A stretch of DNA of 64,000 nucleotides from Psammoneis japonica (lineage: Eukaryota), in assembly GCA_008632985.1 (NCBI GenBank), contig QPGO01000010.1, positions 620,001-684,000 on the forward strand. The letters run 5' to 3'. The notes beneath the pieces are model-generated. The model did no database searches, was not told the DNA's origin, and saw only the letters and a program-made list of their open reading frames with translations. The position numbers and the translations under genes were made by a program. Below, one piece after another: positions 44,668-55,900 of this stretch (its first letter is position 1; each line of letters opens with the position of its first letter).

Positions 44668-45963
44668 ATGAGATTGACAGTCGCGGCTGCGATGCTTCAA
44701 TTGTTGTGTTTCCTTTGGTCATTGGCCTTCTCTTTGGCCTTTGCGTCAGTATCCTCATCGGCTACCAGTCGTACTTCGATTACGCGTCTTGCATCGTCGT
44801 CGGCAGCGAAACAATCTCTGAGCGAAAAGGAGTTGTTGGAACTCATTTCTGATGATTCTTACGCTATGGATATTTCGAGTATCACGGAGGGAAGTGAATT
44901 AGAGACTTATATTGGTCAAGGATCGGGGGTCAATGAAGGAACAGGAATTGGTGCCTTGGCCAAGTGGGTTCAAGGTCTCGTTGGAAAGTATCTGACTTGG
45001 AAGAACCGACCAAAATACGAAAAGTTGTGGGGCATTATTGAAGATGATTTGTTGAATATGGTGCAAGAGTGTACTCCCGATTTGACTGACAGAACCTCAT
45101 TCTTTTGCTACTGACGATGGCACGTGTGATGGTACGATTGCTTGCTACAAGGGAGGCAAGATTGATTGGATTACCACGTGCAAGTTCTTTTCGAAAAGTC
45201 TTGGCTTTGGCAACATGCGCATTGATGGATGGACGACACGTGATACAAGAGCACCTCACATGTCTGTGCACTTGTGTATCGTGTTTAACGTTATTTTCAT
45301 TTACATTTCACTAATCCCAAGGAGCAATCTTCTGCTTGACGACGAATACAATGACTATGGTGAGCCGCGAATCGAGAGGATTCTGCATTTCTTGCTACGC
45401 TTGTATCTATAGCTTATATTGCTTTGTCTCTTGACCTACAAGTCTACGGTTCGCCAAAGAAAGCAATGGATGGAAAATCACTCAATGATATTCATGTAGC
45501 TTGCGTCGAAGACAAGAAGTTCAAACAGTATATTTCCAAATCGGTGAGGACAGCTCTTCGCTGATCGTCGCTATTTCCTTTTGCCGCACGTTATCAATCT
45601 AAGCGATCCGATTCTTTTTTCGCTTTGCAGCATGTCGTCAACGCCTTCATGGTGGCACCCACGACTTTGCTGTATACCATTCCTTTTTCAAAACAAAACT
45701 TTGAAAAAGTACAACAATTCAGCAAGGATTACGTTGCAACTTGGTTAGACATGTTGGACGAAACGTCAGGTGTGCTTGTCAAGGACATTGATTCCAAGGA
45801 AGTGCAAACCGAGCTGCTCCGTCTGGATGTACGTACACGTCAGTTTTGTGGTCGTGATCCCGACACCAAGAATGTCGTGAAACTCTTTGGTCCAGAGGTT
45901 ACCGACAAGTTAGTGCGTACCTTGTGGGGTGATCCTCATGATACCATTTGGACGTCAAGGTAA
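44668..45963 (+). CDS. RCCR-like (ferredoxin-dependent bilin reductase family) protein; introns 45360-45442 and 45544-45630; +1 frameshift near 45105
   Basis: Reconstructed as FATDDGTCDGTI..GKIDW..GFGNMRIDGW..APH..LIPRSNL..YISKS..APT..TWL..RDPDT..LFGPEVTDKLV. Signal peptide ending LA-F. Confidence 0.7.
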
Positions 45964-46536
45964 CTTTTGAGGATAATGCATGCGTATTGATATAGTAATG
46001 CATGGATTTCGAAAGGGGGGAAATGAGTGAGTGTTGAGTAGTGAATCATCAGACGGGAGAGGCGAACGGACACAAGTATCTGCATTATCTGCGAAACTTT
46101 TCATGGCGATGGAGTACTGTAGTTGGTAATGAATCCAAGCGTTATGCCTGATCGTGTACAAAATGAGTGTGTTACTGTAGTTGTTACAACATACAGTAGA
46201 AAAAGCTGCATGGTAGGCGCGCTCGGATCGCAAAATTCATACCTTTTCTGAAGTTCTTCAGAGCATGTCCCTTTCCAGTCGATCAGTGTCTCGTTGAAAG
46301 CAACATTCAAGTTGTGAATCTAGAGTAGAGAGTGCTGATGTCAAAGGTAACATCGAAAAACCGATGTCTGGATTTCACGAGAGTCCAATCACTACGCCGA
46401 ACAATCGGGAATCCTTTGGGTATGTGGCTGGAGTTGCATCGTCTCACCATTTGCGCAACCTAACATATATCAAGTTGAAAACGGATTGAGAAAAGGCCGA
46501 TACAGTCTCCGATTTCACCAAAACTGAGCTTACCAA

Positions 46537-47643
46537 TTAAAATAGATATGACTCGATTGTATGGGCCGCCTCCTTGGCCCCATTTGGTATTACTAGACTT
46601 TTAGTCCAGGACCGACCTAGCATGCTCAAAACAAGTTGGGTAAAGTCACTCGTCCCAACTTGACCCCAATCAATAAAGGCGACCTCACCAGCTTCCTCAT
46701 GCCAATTCTCAAGATTCTCGTGTTCTGGCCAATCATGACGATTGATGCAAATAGCTGGCACTTGATTTACGACCGCTTCGGTTTGTGTTCCGTATCCCGT
46801 CTTGGTGACAATCAAATCACAAGAGGACAAGAGATTGACGTATCCACCCAAGGACGCTTCCACTTTTGATTGTGCTACAAAGTCCTTGCGGTCCAAGTGA
46901 TCATGGACCACATTGTCTGGGAAAATCCAAACGACTTGATCCATCACAGGCCAGCTATCCATGGGCATGCCTTGAATGCTCAAACCGCCAACTCCAATCA
47001 ACACAAAACGTGTTCCCTCGGCGCAGTTGGTTACTTGTCTCAACAAATCTCGTTGAGGCTGTCCCACCTTTGCAATAGGTGATATGGACTTTGCATTCGA
47101 CAAGCCAGCCATTGGCATGGACGGTGTTGGCTGCAGAAACGTGTTGGCCTTGGCGTAAGCTGCGAGCATGTCTGAATATATTTTGTCTGAACCTGCATAG
47201 TCACCACAGTATGCTTGAAAGACATCGGCCCAGTTAAGACTACACATTGCAACAGATGGTACTCCAATCATCGACGCCGCTTCCAGGGACAGGTATGGAA
47301 CATCAGACAAAACGAGATCCGGCTCGAGCGCCTCCAAGTCCCGGGCTGCTTCAGTAATTCGACTGTTGTAATTGTCATGAAAAGCTCGATAATACTCGAA
47401 TGTTTCCTCCTCATTGACACGTAGAGCATCATACATCAACATTCCCTTATCCAGCTCACAATTCACGTGTTGGAATGGATGCCGGATGCGTTGTTGCAGG
47501 GCCGAAACAGGAGCCGCAGTTCTCACCGTCAGTCGAAAGTCATTGTCGGTTTTCAGGCAAAGAGCATCAATGACTGCGGTGGCTTGAGCCACATGTCCAA
47601 GGCCATGAGATGATATATCGACACACAAGTGTCTTGTTGACAT
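46537..47643 (-). CDS. GT-B fold glycosyltransferase (GT28-C / arabinokinase-N-like)
   Basis: Motifs ISSHGLGH, PDLVLSDVP, DLIVTKTGYGT..EA and NGAKEAA. Confidence 0.8.
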   Translation of the reverse strand: MSTRHLCVDISSHGLGHVAQATAVIDALCLKTDNDFRLTVRTAAPVSALQQRIRHPFQHVNCELDKGMLMYDALRVNEEETFEYYRAFHDNYNSRITEAARDLEALEPDLVLSDVPYLSLEAASMIGVPSVAMCSLNWADVFQAYCGDYAGSDKIYSDMLAAYAKANTFLQPTPSMPMAGLSNAKSISPIAKVGQPQRDLLRQVTNCAEGTRFVLIGVGGLSIQGMPMDSWPVMDQVVWIFPDNVVHDHLDRKDFVAQSKVEASLGGYVNLLSSCDLIVTKTGYGTQTEAVVNQVPAICINRHDWPEHENLENWHEEAGEVAFIDWGQVGTSDFTQLVLSMLGRSWTKSLVIPNGAKEAAHTIESYLF

Positions 47644-48172
47644 TGATAGAATCATTCTCGGACCGATTCTAGTACTCTCTGCGCTACCAGCGGTTAGAAA
47701 TTCACAGAGCGTCGCAACTAACTCTTCGTTCCTTCGTCGATATGTTTTGAAAGATTGGGATTGTTACATCAAAACCATGCTCTTCGCCACAACATGCGGT
47801 TGACACGCAATAGGTACAGTATAGAACGGCGGCTTTATTTTTATTTTTTGTCCCATGGTTGGCGGTTTGGGGTTGGCGAGTTCCGTCGGCCGCCGGCTGT
47901 TGGCCTGCGCACTGTGCGCGCGGCAAATGCGATTATTACGAGCTCGAATTTAATAATTTTAGTAACCCGGGGATTGTTTCAATCGTTTGCCCTGTTTTTC
48001 CCGTGTACCGTACAATTGTACAGTAAAAAAATAACACGAGTTTTTGTCAGGCGGTGACAATAAGGGGCCACTTCAACCACGAGCTCTTTTACGTAGAAAA
48101 GTACTGAAATCTACACGTCCGGTATCTGTCGTGCGGACCATGACGCATGACGACCACATCACATTTGCCACG

Positions 48173-50029
48173 ATGCGATTGAGGCGACGGCTTCTTCGTT
48201 CATCTTCCACTACTATAAGTCTTCTATCGTTAGTTGGAATTTTTGCTAGAGTTTCCAAGTCGTCGTTTGTTGCACCTTCGCAGAACCTAAGTTTGATTGC
48301 AAGAGAAAAGAAAGTTCGTCATTCATACGAAAGCTGCGCAATGAGTGATAGTAATGCTGAGACACCCGTCGGAGACGTGGACGGAATTGTGAATAATGTG
48401 GCTGATAAAGCTGATGAATGGAAGGCTCTCCCCATCAAGGATAAGGTTGCTTTGTTGAAAGAGATTCTCCGAAATGCCGTGGAGCACCGAGAGGAATGGA
48501 TGGCGGAGCAACACGAAACCAGAGGCATCAGCCCCACCGATCCGTTGCATGGTTACGGGCGACTCGATGCGTTGGTATCAGGACCTGCTACATTGGGAAG
48601 CTATCTAAATGGTATTATTTCAGCACTTGAATCGATGCACAAGTCTCGTCCTTTGCGCACCACTGCCAACGGAAAACAAGTCGTGACGCTCTTTCCGCAA
48701 GGTTTGCTCGAAGCAGTCGAGGCCTACGGTATGAAAGGTGAATTGGTATTGTCGGGCGAGAGTGAGACTCTGCAAAGTAGTATTGGCGATGCTGCTGTGG
48801 GCGGCGTTGCTGCAGTACTTGGTGCCGGCAATTTTGATGCTCCGATTGACGTGCTTGGTCAGATGTTTCTCCAGGCAAGAGTTTGTGTGTACAAACCCAA
48901 TCCCATCAACCAGAAGACCATGCCGGTTTTGAAAAAGATTTTCAACCCTCTTGTTCGAGCTGGGTATCTCGCATTTCTATCTGGAGGCGGAAATGTCGGA
49001 AGTGCTTTGGTGAACCATCCAAGAATTGATGAGGTTGTGCTTACTGGCTCTGCAGACACATTGAATCGCATCAAGTGGGGCTCGACGGATCAAGAGCAAG
49101 AGAAAAACAAGCGCTCCAATTCTCCATTGGTGAAAAAGGCGATTTGTGCCGAGCTCGGAGCTGTCAATTCGTGGATTGTCGTGCCTGGCGAACAATGGAA
49201 CAAGCAAACCGTAGACAAGCACGCTCGTGCACTAGCTTTTGCAAAGATGGCAAACAATGGTTACATTTGCGCATCTCCGCAACTTGTGATTGTGGCAGAG
49301 GACTGGAAATGGAGAAGCGAGTTTATGGATCGTGTTCGTTATTGGCTCGGGGAGCATCCTGGTGCACCACCGTACTATCCCAATTCGGCGGAATCTCATG
49401 TGTATTTTCAAAAGCTTCCAAACTCGGAAGTCATTCCAGGAAAGGATGCGTACCCCAACCAGCAACGACCAATCCTCATCCCGAATGTAGATGTCACGAA
49501 CAAAGAGCAATCCGTCCTTCTACAGCGAGAGGCCTGGTGTCCAGTCCTGGCGGAAGTCCCGCTTGCATACAACTGGTCCAACAGCAGCGATCCTCTTGGG
49601 TTCTTGAAATCCGCCGTAAGCTTTTCAGAAAAGAAAGTGCACGGATCGCTCTCCATGTGTATCTTGATTGACGACAAGGTAACGAAAGCGAATGCCAAGG
49701 AATTTGATTCTTTCATTGCGACTATTCCCTACGGCATTGTGGGGATCAATATTTGGCCTCTGTTTGCCAATAGCATGCCCAAGCTAACTTGGGGCGCCTT
49801 TCCAGGCTACGAAGCGTCTGGCGAAGGACAGCTTGGTAACGCATGCTTGTACAAGAACGTGGAGAAGGCTGTGGTGCGAGCACCGTTTCGATATCTGGGC
49901 AGAAGGGCGGTAGAGATCATGCCACCCCGAAAGGCGAATCTCTTGTTCTCCCGTCTTACCACCTACAAACTGAGGCCGAACTTCACCACACAAGCAGCCA
50001 TGTTTGCTGCTCTCTTTGTTGGGCTTTAA
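48173..50029 (+). CDS. Aldehyde dehydrogenase family protein, probably plastid-targeted
   Basis: Motifs LGAGN, YKPNP, LTGS, AELG, catalytic NNGYICASP and EAWCPVL. The presequence ends SS-FVAP. Confidence 0.85.
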   Translation: MRLRRRLLRSSSTTISLLSLVGIFARVSKSSFVAPSQNLSLIAREKKVRHSYESCAMSDSNAETPVGDVDGIVNNVADKADEWKALPIKDKVALLKEILRNAVEHREEWMAEQHETRGISPTDPLHGYGRLDALVSGPATLGSYLNGIISALESMHKSRPLRTTANGKQVVTLFPQGLLEAVEAYGMKGELVLSGESETLQSSIGDAAVGGVAAVLGAGNFDAPIDVLGQMFLQARVCVYKPNPINQKTMPVLKKIFNPLVRAGYLAFLSGGGNVGSALVNHPRIDEVVLTGSADTLNRIKWGSTDQEQEKNKRSNSPLVKKAICAELGAVNSWIVVPGEQWNKQTVDKHARALAFAKMANNGYICASPQLVIVAEDWKWRSEFMDRVRYWLGEHPGAPPYYPNSAESHVYFQKLPNSEVIPGKDAYPNQQRPILIPNVDVTNKEQSVLLQREAWCPVLAEVPLAYNWSNSSDPLGFLKSAVSFSEKKVHGSLSMCILIDDKVTKANAKEFDSFIATIPYGIVGINIWPLFANSMPKLTWGAFPGYEASGEGQLGNACLYKNVEKAVVRAPFRYLGRRAVEIMPPRKANLLFSRLTTYKLRPNFTTQAAMFAALFVGL

Positions 50030-50830
50030 AATCCTAGAGTGCGAAGAAATCCTGTGAAGAGAGGTCGCTGCTATCGACACGCTTTCTGGCACAAAGTACG
50101 GTAGAGGCAACTAGTAAGTAGAAATGCGTGCTATAGAATCCGCGTGAAGAAGAAGCATTTCATGGAAGGGACTTCTATTGACGATAGTGTATCTTGATCG
50201 ATAGGGAAAATGCATAACTCTCGAGGTGTTCGAACGATCTGAGTCAGTTTCCTGTCCGCGTTTTTCGACAGGACATCCTTCATGGACGCTCAGATATGTG
50301 CCCGGACCGACAACTACTATAAAGAATACAGGATGCCTAACTACTAGACAATGCTGCGTTCTCCCGACAATCCAGAATTAAGAATCAGGAGGGGGAGCTT
50401 GATAGGAATGTTCAATGTAGGTGACAGAGGCAGCGGTACTACACTAACTCTAGAGTTAGCTCTAGAGAGATAGATAGACTAGCTAGACTCTTGTCTAGCT
50501 CTAGAGACAGAGAAGAGCGGCCAGTTTTACAGTCCAACATCAAACATAGTAGTTGGCCCAACAAACGGACGACGATGATTGACCGACTTCGATTTTTGGC
50601 ATTCGTTTTTGAACGGTCACTTTTTGTCAATGGCAATTAACGCGGTCATCCAAAGGGCAATTGCAAACTGGCACGACATGTTGACCATGAACTTTGCACA
50701 AGTTTCTCTCGACAGATTGCGACTGACGAATAAGAGAATGCATCCGCATACTGTACCTCGACTGCTAACTACTCGTAATAGCATCGCGTTTTTGTTGCTT
50801 GTCGCAGCAAATTGAGAGTGCAATCAAAGC

Positions 50831-51787
50831 ATGATGCAAGGAGGTCAAGTCATGGGCGCAAAAGGAGACCCCACACTGAAGGCAGCGTCTATTGAGGAGC
50901 TCAAGTCCCAGAAGCGAAAGCAAGAGGGGCAGTTTCAGGAACTCGTGAAATCTCCGGGAAATGTCGGCGGTGCTGGTAATGGCGTCTCTCCCTCTTATGA
51001 CCCTGCATTGCGAAGCTTATTGCAGCTGGCCAAGCATGATTCCGAACACAAACGCAACAAAGTGCGAGCATTGAAAGAGGGGACCGCCAACGGCGTGACA
51101 AGTTCCAGTACACGAACCGGAATTTCCACGACGCCGTCGTTCAGACAAGTGGCTTACGCTAGACCGGGAGCTTCAAAAACGTTTAATCAAATGTCCATGT
51201 CAGATCACCCAAGATCAAAGAGGCTAGCACAGCTTCATCAATTTTTCGAATGGGACCAAATTCACACCCCCAACAAGCCCCAAAAGAAACAAACGTCAAG
51301 TCGGAAGTTAATGTCCTCCAAATCCGAACGGCACAGACCGACTCCGATTTTGGAACATCCGTCAGAAGAGTTTAATGCTGAGGAGAAATGGAAGAGCAAG
51401 CAACGGAGTAAACACCGGCTCTCACGCAAAAAGTCGGAGACGAATGAGCTGCAGGAGTCACTGCTATTTCTAGTGCGAAGCAACAACACACCCCGAGAAG
51501 AAGGGAGTGGTGCGTCAGTAGGCCGTGGGCTTACAGAGTACTTAGACAAAGACAGAGCAAAGGGCAAGCACGGAAGTATACAGGACTTTATCGAGCGCTC
51601 GGTTGCAAGTGGATATTCATACGACGCTGCTCGTGATCTGCGACCAACAGCAAGGAAGACAATGAGCAGCGAAAAATCAGTAGGAAAAGCGGACCTTTTG
51701 AAAGACTTCACGGAGAAATACAAGGCACTACAACGCGAGCAAATGAAAAAGGAAAGTGAGACTCTAGGACCAAAGATATCTGTCTAG
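50831..51787 (+). CDS. Hypothetical charged/disordered protein
   Basis: 318-aa ORF with normal codon composition. No recognisable domain. Confidence 0.6.
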   Translation: MMQGGQVMGAKGDPTLKAASIEELKSQKRKQEGQFQELVKSPGNVGGAGNGVSPSYDPALRSLLQLAKHDSEHKRNKVRALKEGTANGVTSSSTRTGISTTPSFRQVAYARPGASKTFNQMSMSDHPRSKRLAQLHQFFEWDQIHTPNKPQKKQTSSRKLMSSKSERHRPTPILEHPSEEFNAEEKWKSKQRSKHRLSRKKSETNELQESLLFLVRSNNTPREEGSGASVGRGLTEYLDKDRAKGKHGSIQDFIERSVASGYSYDAARDLRPTARKTMSSEKSVGKADLLKDFTEKYKALQREQMKKESETLGPKISV

Positions 51788-52559
51788 TGGCAATGGTGCT
51801 TGAACCATGATCTGGACTACAGGCATATTTCAAATGCATGTCTTGCTCATCGCGAAAAATATCTCTTCTTACATAATAATGCGTAAGATGTTTGAATAAA
51901 CGGCAGAACTGTCAATTGCAATGCTGCGTTATTCGAGGGAAGCATTTTAATTTGGATATCGTTTTCGAATGGTGCAAGTGAAGCATTCCATAGCCCTGTC
52001 CATTTCTCAACCTTCTCTAGCAAGACTGAGACAACTCCCTGTGACTTGTCGCGACATCGCCACCAAAAACAGCGCATTAGTGCAATAAGACTGAGAAAAC
52101 TCCTTTGCCGCTGTGATGTTGTGGCAACATCAACCATCCATCATCCTTCATCACAAGTGAGCATGGCAGGCATCTGCTTGGACAGTGGGAGCCAAAGGAA
52201 TGAGCTCTTGGACTCATGTTGGGTGAGTGTCCAGCTCACGGTGCAAAGAGCTGAAGTCATCTAAGATGTGAGATGGTGGGGATGGTGGAGACAAGGCAAA
52301 CTAGTCCATTGAGAGTTGTGAGTCAGGGAGCTTCTTGCAAAACAGAAAACATTCTGCAACAAGATCCTGGGAGGCCAAGCACCATGGAACGCAGCTTGTC
52401 AAGGAGGCAGTGGCAGTCCTGGACAGAGGCTCGGTGGTGATGTGAGGGGAACTGAGCACAAAGAATGGAGACACGATGACAGCAGCATCAAGCAGTGAGA
52501 TGCAGGGTCATCAACATGGTGTCAATGAGCCAGCCTGGGACCTCCATCTGAGCAGACCA

Positions 52560-55500
52560 ACACTCTGCATTTCCTGTGCTCTTGTCTGGGGTGGCAAGAA
52601 TGTCGCTCGCTGGTCCAGAACATTTTTTTCTCAGCAAGAACAGCTCTTGTCCAGGCAAAAACATTTTGGGCCAGTCTGAAACATTCTTGTCTGGATGACA
52701 ATGTCTGGAACACTCTTGCCCTTGCAAAAAGATTCTTGTCCAGGCAAGAATGCTCTTGCTCTTGACAGGTGTGGAGCGCTCTTGTCTGGACGCAGGGACA
52801 TTGTTGTCTTGGCAAAAACATTCTCAACTGGTCTGGACCAATCTTGTCTGGGCAAGAACACTCTTGCCTTGGAAAGGATGTTTTTGACTCACCACAGGAA
52901 TCTGCACAAGAATGTTCTTGACAGGTTGGGAACACTCTTTTCTGGGCAAGAAAGTTTGGCAAGAGTTCATTTGATTGGTCACAGATGTCAAGGCAAGAAC
53001 ACTCTTGTCTGGGCAACTTTGTCTGGGCAAGAACAATCTTGTCCATGCAAGAACATTCTTGACCAGTCTGAGCAACAACATTCTTGTCTGTTCACAAACA
53101 TTTTTGGTTTGTCTGGTGCTAGAACATTCTTGTCCAGTGGGCGAGAACATTCTGAACTGGTCTGGAGCATTCTTGTCTGGGCAAGAAGAGCTCTTGTCTC
53201 CTGGGCAAGAACTTTCTGAGCTGGTTCAGAACATTCTTGTCTGGGCAAAAACATCATTGTCAAGGCAAGAACATTCTTGACTGGTCTGGAACATTCTTGT
53301 CTGGGCAAGAACATTCTGGGCCAGTCTGGAACACTCTTGTCTGGGCAAGATGAGCTGTTGTCTGGGCAAGAACAAGGTTCTGGGGGCGGGTCTGGAACAC
53401 TCTTGCACGGGCAGCCAAGAACATTTTTGTCTGTGTGTGAGCATTCTTGACTGGTCAGGAACACTTTCAACTGGGCAAGATCATTCTTGTCTGTGCAAGA
53501 ATGTTCTTGGCCAGCCTTTGATGTTGTTCTTGGCTGGCCTGGAACACTCTTGTTTGGGAAAGAACATTCTTGTCTGTGCAAGAACATTTTTAGCTGGTCT
53601 GAGGCATGCTCTTGTCTGATCTGGAACACTCTTTTGTTTGGGCTGGAATGTGCTTGACTGGTCTGGAACATTCTTGTTTGAGCAACAACAACATTGATGA
53701 GCTGAGAATGTTTGTGGTTGGTCAAGCACACATCTTTTTTTAGCCAAGAACATTTTTGACTGGCAAAGATTGTTCTTGATTGTTGAAGAATGCTCTCAAC
53801 TGGTCTGGAACATTCTTTTCTGGGCAAGGGCATTCTCTTGTGTGGGAACTGGGAATGTTCTTGGCTGGTCTGGAATGCTTTTGTCTTGGCAACACATTCT
53901 TGACTGGTTTGCAATGTTCCTGTCTGGGCAAAAACGTTCTTGGCCAGTCTGGAATGTTCTTGTCCAGGCAAGAACATTGTTGACATGCTGCGGGTGTTTT
54001 TGGCTGGTCTTCAATGTCTTTGTTTGGTCAAGATTGTTCTTGGCTGGTGAATTCTCAACTGGTCTGGAGAGCATTCTGGTCTGGCCAAGAATTGCTGGTC
54101 AAGAATGTTCATGACTGGTCTGGAACATTCTTGTGTGTGCAGGAATGTTTGGGTGGGTCAAGAACATTTTGGTTGGTTTTTCTCATGAGCCAAAAAGATC
54201 AAAAGATTGGCATTTTCAATGGCTAAGGTTGCAGCTGACCTTGCTTGCCATGCAAAATTGATGGGTCATCAGGAACATGTTGGTGCATGCATCGTGTGCT
54301 CTCTTTGCCCCAAACTCTGGTGGAGATGAAGCTGTTTTCTCAGAGGCCAGTCTGAGCCTGCAAACTGGAGATGGGGGGGGGAGGGGGTGAACTGTGGTTG
54401 CACATTGACAGGTGGCCCATTTGAGTTTTTTGCCAGAGTTGTGCCATTGCAACTGACAGGAGGCTGCCAACTCAGAGCTCTGGTGACAGCAGCTTGATGT
54501 GTTGTGAGACCTGCTGTTCTTCTGGATCATTGAGACAGGTTTTGATTGGGGTGTCTCTTAAATTTTGTGGTCACAAGCATGCTGCCACAAATCCATCAAA
54601 TCCAGAACAACAAGCTGGTGTGCTGTTGCCCACATGTTGGATGAATGCTCCCGGCATGCCTCTTGGGCAACGTTGTTCCTGGTGAACAAAGAAAAACACC
54701 AAGCCAAGATTTTTGGAAGGTGTTGGGTCTGGTTTCCAAGGCAGTTGATCCACCCGCTCTGCTGCTTTCACAAAATGGTGGCAGATGGCATTTTGGTTGT
54801 GATCTTTTGTGATCAGTCTCTTTGCAAAGTTTTTGGTGGTGTTGGCACAGTCACACATGTCAGAATTTTGCATCCCGAGTCATGGCAAGTTGCCACAAAC
54901 AACACTCTTCAATGCTCCTGGTGGGTGGGTGGGGGTGCAGGTAGAGCTGGAAGGCATGTGCAAAAAGAGGTTTGCTGGTTTTTGACATGTTTTTGTGACA
55001 ATGCATCTGTCTTCTCCAATTTTTGTTTCAAGATCCAGGAAGACCACAGAGGTGGAGAGTGGGGGAAGTGACCAATCAGAGGAGACCTGAGTTGTCAAGC
55101 TCATTTTAAGGGCTTCCCAAGAAGTCTCTCAGCTGCTGTTTCTGGCCCATTCTCCAAATGTGTCATCAACAAACTATCCTGGATGAGAACATTCTTTTCT
55201 GGGCAAGAACACTTCTGTCTGGTCTGGAACAATCTTGGGCCAGTCTGGACTGTCTTGTCTGGTTGAGAGAACAGCTCTTGTTGAGGCAAAAGCATTCTGA
55301 GCAGGTCTGGAACATCACTCTTGTCTGGGCAAGATCATTCTTGTCTGGACAAGGATGTTTTTGATTGCAATGGATGTTGTTCTTGGCTGGCATTGAACAC
55401 TCTCCTGCCTCAGCTGGGCAGGAGAACATTTCTGTCTGGCCTGGGACACTCTTGTCTGGGTCTGAAGCACTCTTGTCTGCACAAGAATGTTTTTGGCTGG

Positions 55501-55900
55501 TCTGGAACATTCTTGTCTGGGCAAGAACATCCTTGATAAGCTGTGGACATTTTAGGCCAGTTTTCAACACCTTTTTTTGACAAGAACATTCTTGGCTGGT
55601 GAGGAATGTTCTTGACTGGTCCAGAGCATTCTTGTCAGTCAAAAATGTCCTTAACTGGCCAAGAATGTTTTTGACTGATCCAGAGCTTTCTGGTGTGTGC
55701 AAGAACATTTGGATGAGTCAAGAACATTTTGGCTTGTCCAGAAAGGTCTTTTCTGGTCAAAAACATTCCTGGCTTGTCAAGAATGTTTTTGACCAGTCTG
55801 GAACATCCCTGTGTTGGCAAGAACATTTTGTCTGGGCAAGGATGTTCTTGACTGTGCTGGGGGAAATTCTTGTCTGGGCAAGAGTGCTCTTGACTGGTCT
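52560..55900. repeat. Palindromic ~20-bp minisatellite CAAGAA(CA/TG)TTCTTG with 6-bp spacers, interrupted at about 54180-55170
   Basis: Dozens of aagaacattcttg / aagaatgttcttg units separated by tctggg or actggt-type spacers. Confidence 0.9.
54540..55110 (-). mobile_element. Penelope-like retroelement fragment (RT thumb / C-terminal region), decayed
   Basis: VVFLDL..TKTCQKPANLFLHMP..HPPGALKS..QNS..FAKRL..PQNLRD matches the PLE pattern FLDL..TYQKPxNLxLYIP..HPP..LK..NLRD, with Y->C/H. Confidence 0.7.

Noticed and set aside
54225..54280. Hammerhead ribozyme 3' of the Penelope-like fragment (minus-strand CTGATGA plus a short CCAT/ATGG stem)
   Set aside because: The required GAAA core and stems I/III are not recognisable. 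It is at best a decayed remnant.
52560..55900. CRISPR-like array of palindromic repeats
   Set aside because: The spacers are only about 6 bp and are themselves repeated. There are no cas genes and the context is eukaryotic.
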